From the NCBI GenBank assembly GCA_043381765.1, contig JBHJMP010000907.1:1-32790 (forward strand): 32,790 nucleotides of DNA, written 5' to 3'. Below, piece after piece: positions 22,201-32,790 of the stretch. How positions within the stretch are numbered: the stretch's first letter is position 1; every line of letters starts with the position of its first letter. The notes beneath the pieces are model-generated. The model ran no database searches and had not been told where the DNA came from. It was given only the letters and a program-made list of their open reading frames with translations. This DNA is from Collodictyon triciliatum. Lineage: Eukaryota. Position numbers and translations under genes: made by a program.

Positions 22201-25200
22201 CATGTAAACTGTGGTAACCTTCCTCCTTCTCTTCAATTACTTGATAAGCTCCTCGCAGCTGTGCATCCTACAATATGTACAATGTGATTTTCTCCTCCTT
22301 GTAGAAATAACCCTTAGCGATTTTAATCGACAATTTTTTGAGGTGATAAAAAGTCTCCAAGGATATTTAGACGTAATCATGAAATAGAAACGAACCAGAG
22401 TGGCAACCCTCTCTTTGTATGGAGCTATCTGTGCTGCAATGTGTTCTTCGTTGGTATCAATCCTGGAGGAAACCTTCTCCACAGAAGGCACTTGGGCTTT
22501 CGGGAACTTTATTTTTATTTATTTACAATCAAGAAAAAGTCATAAAATCATAGAACTCAAAGTTGGAACTTTGCTTTAATTTGCGGGATTAAGTCATTTT
22601 TTTTTAAAAAAGATATAAATTGAAAATGTAATAAAATACTAAGAAAAGAGGGGAAAGAAGAGGAGCCATATAGATTAAAAAATAAGAAAAAAAAGAAAAT
22701 CATTTAGAGAGCACATAAACTAAATCAAACGATAAAGAATTGATTAGAGTAATAAAATATTCATCTCATACCAATTCCGTGAAAGAATCCAACTTCATCC
22801 ACGACTCTTCAACCTTCCCTGACACTGAATACCGCACATAAATCCATGAAAATGGAGGAATGTCGACTCTTTTGACAGTTGATAGTAATTCCCTCTCTTC
22901 TTTGAGAGCGGGCAACGCAGAGGACTGGTAATGGATTTATGGTAATTTGTAAACGAAGCACATTATATTCAAAGCTTTTACAATGTTTTTGGTTTGCTTA
23001 AATCTTTTCTAATTTCAAAATTCTATGCCAAAGCTATCCTACAATGACAGGGTTTGTGATGTTGTATACTTACGTCTTTCTTTGGGAAAAAAACTGGTGT
23101 CACTACGTGCTTTCCCAGGTCAGTAAACTTTTGACCAATAGATGAGTGACTCGACTTCAATTCAGTTTTCAGTTGGGCCAGTTCCCTTTCTCTTTCTTTC
23201 AACTGGTGTTCAAGTGAAGTGATCTAAGTATGATGGTTACTTTTAAGTATGAATATATTGGCAAACTGAATTATATAAAAATTACAAAAAATCCAAAAAA
23301 AATCCAAAAAAATCCAAAAAAATCCAAAAAAATCCAAAAAAATCCAAAAAATCTAAATATGAAACAAAATAATTGAAAAAATAAAACGAATTGAAAAAAA
23401 AGGGAGTGCATAACATACTTTTGATATATTCTCAAAGTTTTCGAGCTGTATTCCAGGGCTTTTCTTCTGCAATATATATATATATATACATATTACAAGA
23501 AAACCGATTACTTATTAGGCATACACTTTCTGATATGCTTATAAGCAGAGAAATGAAAAAATTAAAAGCATTATACAAAGAAAAGATGCCATTACCACCG
23601 AAACAGCGCTATGTAGTCCTGCAAGAGAATCAAGTATGCCGAGTTTTTTCTCATACAATTCATTAAGTCTTTGAAAGATAGAGTTCAAACTGTCAAAATC
23701 GATCTGATTTTGAGAAGGTAAATCCATGGAACTCACCAGAGCATATATCCCATCCAGTGTTGTTCTGTCATCTTTTGTATCTGAATCAATTTTTGAAAGC
23801 AACTCCACAAAAACCTTATATTTGATCTCCTCTGGTTCCTTTTCATCAGCAGATTCCTTTGGGGTCATGCTTTTACTTTCCAAACTCAAGTCTTTATCCC
23901 GCAGCAAATTTTCGAGATGGTCTCTTTGAGCTGACAAATGAGAAACCTCAGACTCTAGTTGGCAGATTTTCTCGAGAGTGTCTTTCATCCAGAGAATCAG
24001 GTGGTTCTTCAATCCTTCTTTGAACGACTCGATATCCAACACTTGGTTAGTGCTCAATTCACAAACTTGAAGGCCTTCACACTCTTTGTCAATGATTGAT
24101 TTCATATCCCTGTCGATATTGACATTCAATGTGCGTTCAGAAATTCTGCTTTTTGCAACCAAATTTGACCTTTCATCAACCTTAGATATTTCTGCACGCA
24201 GAGATATGCACTCACTCTCCAATGAAGAGTTCTTGTGGCGCAAATCGGTGATGGTTTCTTTGGCTTTATCTTTAATAGCTTCATACTTTTGAATTCTTGA
24301 CTGAAGGTCATTTATGATTCTGTCATATTTTCCAGATTCCACAAGCCACCATTCCTCTTTCTCATGTGCAATTTGTTTCAGAGAGATGATTTCCTTCTCT
24401 GTTTGGCTTTTAACGTCGCTCAGGATTTGATCTTTGGTTCTGAGTTCCTCGAGTAATATCCCTTTTTCATCAGCAAAAACATTTTCATTTTGTTTCAGTG
24501 CGACTATTTCTTGTTTGTGTCTAGTGGCGATTGCCTCACAAGATTCTTTCAATTTGGTTACCTCCTGGCTCTTCCCCTCACACTCTAGTCGAAATTTATC
24601 CCTTTCCTGTTCTAATAGGGTTATTTTACTCTTGAACTCTGTCAGAGTGCTCTTGGCTTTTGATTTGAATGACTCTAATGTTGCTTGGGATTGTCTCAGA
24701 GATTCCTCATGTTCTCCTGTCATGAGCCGAATCCTTTCATCAAGATTTTGAATCATCTCTTCCAGTTGGGCGGTTTTCGATGCTGCTGTATTAAGTTTCA
24801 TAATTTCAGTTAGTTGAGATTCTTCATTAATGTCCTTAGCCAAAATAAGATCTTCTAATGACGCAATCTTGAGTTCTAGTTGGTGAATTTGTGACGTTGA
24901 ATCTTTCATATAATTTTCTCTTTCAGTATCAAAAGTTGATTCCATGTGAAGTAATTTTTCGTTCTCTCTTTCAAGTAAGCTACACTTTTCTTCCAGCTTG
25001 TGAATTATTGCGGATTTTTCGGTTAATTCGCGAACTACAGCTTCCTTTTCCTTTGTTAAAGAACCCACTTGCTCCCTTAGTTGAGTGATAGTTGATTTTG
25101 CCTTGGATTTAAGAGATTCTAATGTTGCGTTAAGCTGACCCAGTTCTTCTTCTTTAGATTTTTGGACATTTGTCAGCTCCTCTGACATGATTGATAATCG

Positions 25201-28200
25201 TGATTCATATTCCGATTTTTTTTGCTCATAAACACTAGACATACTGTTCGTTTCAAATGAAACCTCAGAGGCAAATGTTTTCAACTTATCTAACTGTTGA
25301 TTGCTATCTACGACCTGTATTTTTAAGTAACCTACTTCTTGTTCGAGGCTATTCTTTTCATCTGTAAGTTCTTTAATGCATTCATTTTTTTCATTCAAAG
25401 TCAGAATATGAGACTCTATTTGGTCCTTCAAGGAGTTAGCTTGAGTAGTAAGTTTCTTTATTTGTGACTCACCTTCCTCTATTTGATGGATTAAGTCAGT
25501 AATATCCCCCTTTAAACCACTAATGTCTGCCTCTTTCTCAATTTGAAGCATATCGATTCTCTTTTGATAGTTGGATATTAATTCTTGGCTACCTATTTCA
25601 TCTCCTTGCAAATTCTCGATAATGCCTTCTAATTTGTTTATATGCAGTTGAAGTTGCGATATGCGTTCCTCTAATTTTTTATTAATTTCAGTAACTTCTA
25701 AATTTAGAGATACTTTTTCATCAATGCTTTGCTGAAGGTAAAGAAGCTTTTCTTTCATTTCAAAAGCATCATGAGCTATACTTTGAGCTGGATGCTCACT
25801 GTGAGTAAGCGAAGGTTTCTGAGGTTTAATCACTATCTGCAATCCAAGCTCACTTTGAGAAAAAGTTTCATTTTGCCCATCTTTGAATTCGGAATGCACT
25901 TTCTGTAAATCGATTTGCTCATATCGTTTTCTTTCCTCTGAAATTTGAGTCATTTCCTTGGCCATTTTCAATTCACATCCATGTAGTCTGGCCTTTAGAT
26001 TCTCACATTCTTCTTCAAGATCCATCACTTGTATTTTCAGGTCTGTATTCAAAGACTCCATCGCACGTTTCAGCAATTCAGACTCCTTTTGATGCTGTTC
26101 AATTAAAATCCATTCTTTTTTTGAGAAGTTCGACGAGATGATATCCCATTCTTTTTGCATAGAATCGATTTGCTGCTTCAGTTCCGCAACTTGAGTTTCC
26201 TTTTCACCATCAGTGGAAGATATTGCCTCTTTTTCTTTTTGCAAACCTTCAATCTGTTGCCTCAGTTCCACAATTTGCGTTTCTTTTTCACCATCAGCGG
26301 AAGAAAGTGTCTCTTTTTCTTTTTGCAAAGACTCAATACGCTGCCTCAGTTCCGCGATTTGCGTTTCTTTTTCACCATCAACGGAAGCCAGTGTCTCTTT
26401 TTCGTTTTGCAGAGCTTCAATATGTTCTTTCTGCTCCATTAACTTCGCCTTTGCTTTTGATTTGACTGCCTCAATCAGCTGCCTCAGTTCCGCAATATGC
26501 TTTTCTTTTTCACCATCAGTGGAAGACAGTGCCTCTTTTTCTTTCTGGAGAGCTTCAATACGCTGCCTCAGTTCCACAATTTGCGTTTCTTTTTCACCAT
26601 CAGTGGAAGACAGTGTCTCTTTTTCTTTCTGTAGAGCTTCAATACGCTGCCTCAGTTCCGTAATTTGCATTTCTTTTTCACCATCAGCGGAAGACAGTGC
26701 CTCTTTTTCTTTCTGGAGAGCTTCAATCTGCTGCCTCAGTTCCGCAATTTGCGTTTCTTTTTCACCATCAGTGGAAGTCAGTGTCTCTTTTTCTTTCTGT
26801 AGAGCTTCAATCTGCTGCCTCAGTTCCGCAATTTGCGTTTCTTTTTCACCATCAGCGGAAGTCAGTGTCTCTTTTTCATTTTGGAGAGCCTGTATCTGCT
26901 GCCTCAGTTCCGTAATTTGCATTTCTTTTTCACCATCAGCGGAAGAAAGTGTCTCTTTTTCATTTTGGAGAGCTTCAATCTGCTGCCTCAGTTCCGCAAT
27001 ATGCGTTTCTTTTTCACCATCAGTGGAAGTCAGTGTCTCTTTTTCTTTCTGTAGAGCTTCAATATGCTGCCTCAGTTCCACAATTTGCGTTTCTTTTTCA
27101 CCATCAGCGGAAGTCAGTGTCTCTTTTTCATTTTGGAGAGCCTGTATCTGCTGCCTCAGTTCCGCAATTTGTGTTTCTTTTTCACCATCAGCGGAAGTCA
27201 GTGTCTCTTTTTCTTTTTGGAGAGCTTCAATCTGCTGCCTCAGTTCCGTAATTTGCGTTTCTTTTTCACCATCAGCGGAAGACAGTGCCTCTTTTTCTTT
27301 CTGTAGAGCCTCAATATGTTCCTTCTGCTCCATTAACTTCGCCTTTGCTTTTGCCTTAATATTTTCAATCAGCTCATTCAGTGAGGCTACTTCATCGTTT
27401 TTTTCAATTCTCAATAATCTGATTTGTTCCTCTAGAGTCTTGATAGTACTTTCGAATTTTTTGAATGACTCCTCCGTGGAGCATACACTTTTCTGTGAAA
27501 TAGCGTCATTCTCTAATGCAGATTGTGATTCCAGGGCACAAATTTTTATCTCCAAGTCTGATCTGATTTTCTCTAGAGTAATGATTTCCTCTTCTTTACT
27601 TTTGAGGACTTGGCTAAGTTCGATTATCTTTCTTTTAGCCTTTTCTTTTAAACTTTCGATCAGTAAGTTATTGTGCTGCACGATATCATTCTTTTCTGCT
27701 TCTAGTTTCTGAATGACTGATTGTAAATCATGAAAGTTGGTGCTTGTTTCCTGTGGCGTATCTGTCGAAGAAGGGATATTTGATACATTACCTTCTTTCA
27801 ATCGCTCTTCAAGCAGTTTAATTTTACTCTGTTGCTCGTCAAAGAGTTGCTTAGTTCTGGTCTTTATTTTATTTACCCGGTCTTCATTTTGTGACTGTAT
27901 CTCAGTAATGGTTTGCTGCATGCTTTGGATCAATGAAATAAGATCTTCTTTTGATTTTGTGTCGTAATCTGAAATCTTGCGGTCAGCAGAGATGCTGTTT
28001 TCAAAGACACACTCTTTTTGTCCTTTTTGTTTAAGATCTTCTATTTCCCTCCTCAAGTCAGTGATCAGTTCTTGATTCCTAGTTTGGAAAGATTTGAATT
28101 CCTCCTCCGCACGGTTAAGCATGCTTGTTTTCTCTTCTAATTGATGCTGCAAAGTAGAGATGATAGAGTCATGAGCTCTGGAATCTTCCAGCAGCCTAAG

Positions 28201-29508
28201 ACTTTGATGCTCAGAACCTGCTATGGATTCAATTATGGACCTGCATGATTTTTTTAATTCTTATAAGTACCTGACCAAAATCTGTGATTTGTGTATCAGT
28301 TTATTTTATTTATTTAAACAAAATAATGTAATACAATTTTATAACAGTAGTTACAATAGTAATAATAATAACAATAATAATAACAATAATAATAACAATA
28401 ATAATAACAATAATAATAATTATGATAATAATGACAATAATGACGAAAATAATTATAATAATAATGGAACATGTAATCAAACTTGATCTTTTCTTGATCG
28501 CTAGCGCACAAATATTGCACAGTGCATCTTATTTTCTCAATAACGGATTCATACTCTGAGATATATGATCTAATGGATTCCCTCAAGTAGTTCTATCATG
28601 ATGATGGCAAAATAAGCAAATAATTTAAGTTTGAGAAAATGATTCCACGTCATTTTCAAATATACTTGCAAAGAAGAGGACTAAAAGCCAATGGTATTTG
28701 ATTAAAGTACAATTCAAACTTTAAAATAGTTAAACACAATAGCATAGTATAGTAAAATGGTAGGCACTACATCGAGGACAGGCAGGATTGAAAGAGAAAA
28801 GGAAAATGAACACGATATGGAATAGAGACTCAGTAACATGTGTTTAATATGAAAATAAGGACTCTCGAATATTTTAGGTACTATAAAAAGACCTGGTCGG
28901 TAGGATTCTTTGTTTGTTCTACTGCAACTCTGCCGTCTGTTCTTTTCAGCGACGAAATTATTTCTTCTCTCTCATTTTGAAGCTCACGAAGGTCTTTCAA
29001 ATATAATAGAATATATTTGGAAAAATGAATAAAGATGAATAAAGATGAATAAAGATGAATAAAGATGAATAAAGATGAATAAAGATGAATAAAGATGAAT
29101 AAAGATGAATAAAGATGAATAAAGATATAAAAACGAATAAAAACGAATAAAAAGTGAATAAAAAGTGAATAAGTATATAAATAAAATACGACTCAACAGT
29201 CATTTATCACAATAATACCTCCAGTCAACTTGGCAAGATCAGAGCGAAGCTTATCATTTGAGTCGGCCATTATTTGCAGCTCTTTGCTTTTATCTTTCAC
29301 AGCAATCAAACAAACCCACCCCAAAAAAAGATAAAAGAAAAGTAAGGCGTGAGAGAGACATACAAGAATGGCTTCATACGATGCATCATTTCACTGCACT
29401 GGCGTAGTTTTTTCTCCGTTTTTGTTTCCATGAGATACCTCGCAATGCAGAGTGCGCAGTCTCTAAGTCCAACTCCATGCTGTGGGGCTGTGGAGAGCCG
29501 TCTTCCAT
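19265..29508 (-). CDS. Giant GRIP-domain coiled-coil golgin (plant GRIP/GCC185-like; ~21 exons, ~2,240 aa)
   Basis: ATG at 29508 (MEDGSPQPHSMELDLE); exons traced in frame, including a 4,645-nt exon at 28240-23596. C-terminus LLHLAQ|VQAQRDFEI...KREEVPMEYLKNVMIKYLETGDIE|ALLPVLSTLLQFSPDEI...|GVATLAYFGWGSK* contains the GRIP consensus. EFKKYKSKA motif present; AATAAA ~55 nt after the stop. Confidence 0.9.
19320..19502 (-). repeat. GA-rich (sense-strand CT-rich) expansion in the last golgin intron
   Basis: (GAGAGAAAAAAA)-like units within intron 19307-19598. Confidence 0.95.
23286..23355 (-). repeat. (AAAAAAATCC)n intronic repeat
   Basis: About six ~10-nt units in a golgin intron. Confidence 0.9.
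26170..27315 (-). repeat. Coding tandem array: 13 x 84 nt (28 aa) plus one 54-nt insert
   Basis: Consensus IEALQKEKETLTSADGEKETQIAELRQQ; 10 units, then IEAVKSKAKAKLMEQKEH, then 3 units. 13 x 84 + 54 = 1,146 nt. Confidence 0.97.
28360..28465 (-). repeat. (AAT/AAC)n intronic microsatellite
   Basis: Visible trinucleotide repeat in a golgin intron. Confidence 0.9.
29023..29170 (-). repeat. (GAATAAAGAT)n intronic repeat
   Basis: About ten 10-nt units decaying rightwards, in golgin intron 2. Confidence 0.9.
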
Positions 29509-29808
29509 CTGCAACTCTGTTGAGACCCTATACCACAAAGCCTTAGATGATCCAGCCCTTGGAAAGTTTCGTTGGAAGAGTTGTTCTTCAACCGCTTCAT
29601 TTATTCTTCGGCTTCCTTTGTCTTGTTTTGTTGCCTTAACACGCAAGGTTCAGGACACGGCTTGTGAATAAAGGAATCTCACGGGACAAACAAAACACAA
29701 CAGGCGCCGCCCTGATCCGCTTTGGCTGTATCGAGCACCGAACATGGCGCTTAGCCAATTCGCATAAATCTGGCCGTAGAAGCTTCATTAGGGTTATGCA
29801 GGCGAAAG

Positions 29809-31060
29809 AGATAAAAAAGATAAAAAAGATAAAAAAAATAAAAAAGATAAAAAAGATAAAAAAGATAAAAAAGATAAAAAAGATAAAAAAGATAAAAAAG
29901 ATAAAAAAGATAAAAAAGATAAAAAAGATAAAAAAGATAAAAAAGATAAAAAAGATAAAAAAGATAAAAAAGATAAAAAAGATAAAAAGATAAAAAAGAT
30001 AAAAAAGATAAAAAAGATAAAAAAGATAAAAAAGATAAAAAGATAAAAAAAGATAAAAAAGATAAAAAAGATAAAAAAGATAAAAAAGATAAAAAGATAA
30101 AAAGATAAAAAAGATAAAAAGATAAAAAAGATAAAAAAGATAAAAAAGATAAAAAAGATAAAAAAGATAAAAAAGATAAAAAAGATAAAAAAGATAAAAA
30201 AGATAAAAAAAAGATAAAAAAGATAAAAAAGATAAAAAGATAAAAAAGATAAAAAAGATAAAAAAGATAAAAAGATAAAAAAGATAAAAAGATAAAAAGA
30301 TAAAAAAGATAAAAAGATAAAAAAGATAAAAAAGATAAAAAAGATAAAAAAGATAAAAAAGATAAAAAAAATAAAAAAAGATAAAAAAGATAAAAAAGAT
30401 AAAAAAGATAAAAAAGATAAAAAAGATAAAAAAGATAAAAAAGATAAAAAAGATAAAAAAGATAAAAAAGATAAAAAAGATAAAAAAGATAAAAAAGATA
30501 AAAAAGATAAAAAAGATAAAAAAGATAAAAAAGATAAAAAAGATAAAAAAGATAAAAAAGATAAAAAAAGATAAAAAAAGATAAAAAGATAAAAAAGATA
30601 AAAAGATAAAAAAGATAAAAAAGATAAAAAAGATAAAAAAGATAAAAAAGATAAAAAAGATAAAAAAGATAAAAAAGATAAAAAGATAAAAAAGATAAAA
30701 AGATAAAAAAGATAAAAAAGATAAAAAGATAAAAAAGGTAAAAAAGATAAAAAAGATAAAAAAGATAAAAAAGATAAAAAAAAACATAAAAACATAAAAA
30801 ACATAAAAAAGATAAAAAAGATAAAAAAGATAAAAAGATAAAAAAGATAAAAAAGATAAAAAAGATAAAAAAGATAAAAAAGATAAAAAAGATAAAAAAG
30901 ATAAAAAAGATAAAAAAGATAAAAAAGATAAAAAAGATAAAAAAGATAAAAAAGATAAAAAAAGATAAAAAAAGATAAAAAAAGATAAAAAAGATAAAAA
31001 AGATAAAAAAAGATAAAAAAAGATAAAAAAGATAAAAAAACATAAAAAACATAAAATAAA
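29809..31060. repeat. ~1.25-kb (AAAAAAGAT)n satellite
   Basis: 9-nt unit with shorter and longer A-run variants and a few CAT variants; begins ~300 nt upstream of the golgin ATG. Confidence 0.97.
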
Positions 31061-31339
31061 ATCATCTTTTATGATTGACAGAAAGGGACATATTGCCCCA
31101 ACCAAGGTATCTTAGAACAATCAAATAATATCGGAGCAAACGCTACTAGACATGACAGACTCAAAGGACATGCTATTTCTTGGATAATTGCTTTATTCAT
31201 CGAAGGGTCGACGTAATAATACTAGCCAATCTGCCGAAGCGATGATGTTATGTAGGCCTCATCCTATCGTCAAGAAAAGTCCTGTGTTAAGCGGTACTTT
31301 CCTTGGATGAAGAGGCCCATTAGGCTCTTCGTTGTCACT

Positions 31340-31978
31340 TTAAGATGAATTAAGACGCGCCCTGACATTCTTGACATATTCCTCAATCTCCAGAAACTGT
31401 TTTGTCGTCCAGAAAGCCTTATTCGAAGCAATGGCCCATTCCTCCGCCCTTTGAAGACTGCATAGTCTTTCGCCAATCTCGCCTTCGAGCTCCGACTCAA
31501 ACCATTTGATGAAAGAATCTTCGTCCATATCCCCATTTCTTTGATATTCGGCCCAAGTCTCCCAGTTTTCTCTCAACCCATTCCAGTACGCAGCACGGTC
31601 TTCTCTGGGCCTCTTGGCTTCGTTTTCCTCGACTCCTTCCGCCTCTTCGCTATTTTCCTCTTGCTCCTTCTCCTCCTGCTCCAACATATCTATGATTCGT
31701 TCTCTGATATTACAAGCTTTGTAAAATAAGCCTGACATGGTCTCCTGCACACAATTATCTACGCAGATAGGGCACCCATATTTCTCGCAAAAGCGGCAGT
31801 ATTGACTTCTCGATCCATCGCGGCAATGGCAACATCCAAATCTGCTGGTATTCGGTTCTACTCGCAAGATCCACTCAGTCTCGATCTTCTCCTGGATTTC
31901 CGTCACAGTCGGGGCACCCAGTTCCTTGAGCACTGCCTGGAGCCTCTCTGTCTCGCTTCCCTGCTCTTGCTTAGACAT
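31340..31978 (-). CDS. Intronless orphan protein with a Cys-rich putative Zn-binding motif and an acidic tract (~212 aa; alternative start at 32074)
   Basis: MSKQEQGSETERL...FGCCHCRDGSRSQYCRFCEKYGCPICVDNC...EQEEKEQEENSEE...; protein-like composition; minus-strand TATATAAA at 32207-32214 and AATAAA at ~31192. Confidence 0.6.
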   Translation of the reverse strand: MSKQEQGSETERLQAVLKELGAPTVTEIQEKIETEWILRVEPNTSRFGCCHCRDGSRSQYCRFCEKYGCPICVDNCVQETMSGLFYKACNIRERIIDMLEQEEKEQEENSEEAEGVEENEAKRPREDRAAYWNGLRENWETWAEYQRNGDMDEDSFIKWFESELEGEIGERLCSLQRAEEWAIASNKAFWTTKQFLEIEEYVKNVRARLNSS

Positions 31979-32659
31979 TCCGGGACAACGTTGGTCGTGC
32001 AGAACTCGACCTAGTGAACGACATGACCGGCTGGATAAGCAGAGCTGGGCTACAGGCGACATATGAGGAGTCATACGGATTGCGTTTTTCTCTGCATCGT
32101 TGGTGTTTAGTTCCTGTGGAGGAGAAGCTCTCGCACCTGGTGCGTTTGCTGAGTCTGCTCTAATGACTTGTAGTGAAAGGATACAGAACTCTGTCGCACA
32201 TGTATATTTATATATCACTTTTTTGTGACAGGCTAAACATGCCAACGGAACCACAGCTGGCTTTTAGGCGAGAACTGCTGCCCTGGAAGTAACAAAACGC
32301 CAGAAAAGGGAGCTGGCTACATTAGGTATGAGTAAAATAGTACCGTGCCTTGTGGAGGCTTTTTCGCGCAATGTGTTTCGTTGTGTGCGCTGCGCAAGAC
32401 GCATGAGCCTGTCCAGCCGGTTGTGTGCAAAGAGCGAGTGCGGTTGTGCCTGTTGGTTGTATCATGTCTTGAAATGATGGAAAGGAATGAATCTGTTTCT
32501 TTATTTTAGGGTGTCTTTTTGGCTTGCTTCTTCTAGGTGATGCCCGTTTGCTAGAGTTTATTAAGACAGCAAGCATTGTGTGTTCCGTCTCTTATATCTG
32601 GGACAGACGCAACTCGGAGGGCACGGGACTAACAAGGTGTTTGGTTACATCATTACCAC

Positions 32660-32790
32660 AAAAAAACAAAAAACAAAAAACAAAAAACAAAAAACAAAAA
32701 AACAAAAAAACAAAAAACAAAAAACAAAAAACAAAAAACAAAAAACAAAAAACAAAAAACAAAAAACAAAAAACAAAAAACAAAAAACAA
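32660..32790. repeat. (AAAAAAC)n simple repeat running to the window end
   Basis: 7-nt unit, directly visible. Confidence 0.95.

Noticed and set aside
26170-27315. CRISPR-like array
   Set aside because: Contiguous in-frame coding repeats without unique spacers; eukaryotic context and no cas genes.
26213-27712. 499-aa plus-strand Ser/Cys-rich ORF
   Set aside because: Antisense shadow of the golgin tandem array.
29636-31105. Three 420-490-aa F/I/L/Y ORFs
   Set aside because: Stop-free readings of the (ATCTTTTTT)n satellite.
32660-32790. Telomeric repeat
   Set aside because: The A/C-rich strand runs 5'-3' toward the end, opposite to normal telomere polarity, and it resembles the other internal simple repeats.

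Overview
Intron-rich eukaryotic (probably protist) genomic DNA in the standard genetic code, spliced here by hand. Left to right: a possible partial minus-strand exon; a kinase-less Roco gene (LRR-Roc-COR-Cys-rich-PH, 626-5110) whose LRRs sit mostly on separate 69-nt phase-0 exons; a putative non-LTR retroelement 3' fragment; a decayed two-repeat multipass membrane pseudogene; a small MITE-like element; APC4 (19 exons, one GC-AG intron); an unknown coiled-coil gene; cytosolic Hsp90 with heat-shock elements and a TATA box; a ~2,240-aa GRIP-domain golgin on the minus strand with a 13 x 84-nt internal array; a 1.25-kb (AAAAAAGAT)n satellite; an intronless Cys-rich orphan ORF; and a terminal (AAAAAAC)n tract. 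The most notable points are the Roco architecture and altered G3 motif, a short dispersed repeat beside a duplicated Roco splice donor, strand-polarised intronic repeat expansions, and frequent AAG acceptors. Family assignments come from recalled motifs; no database search was run.
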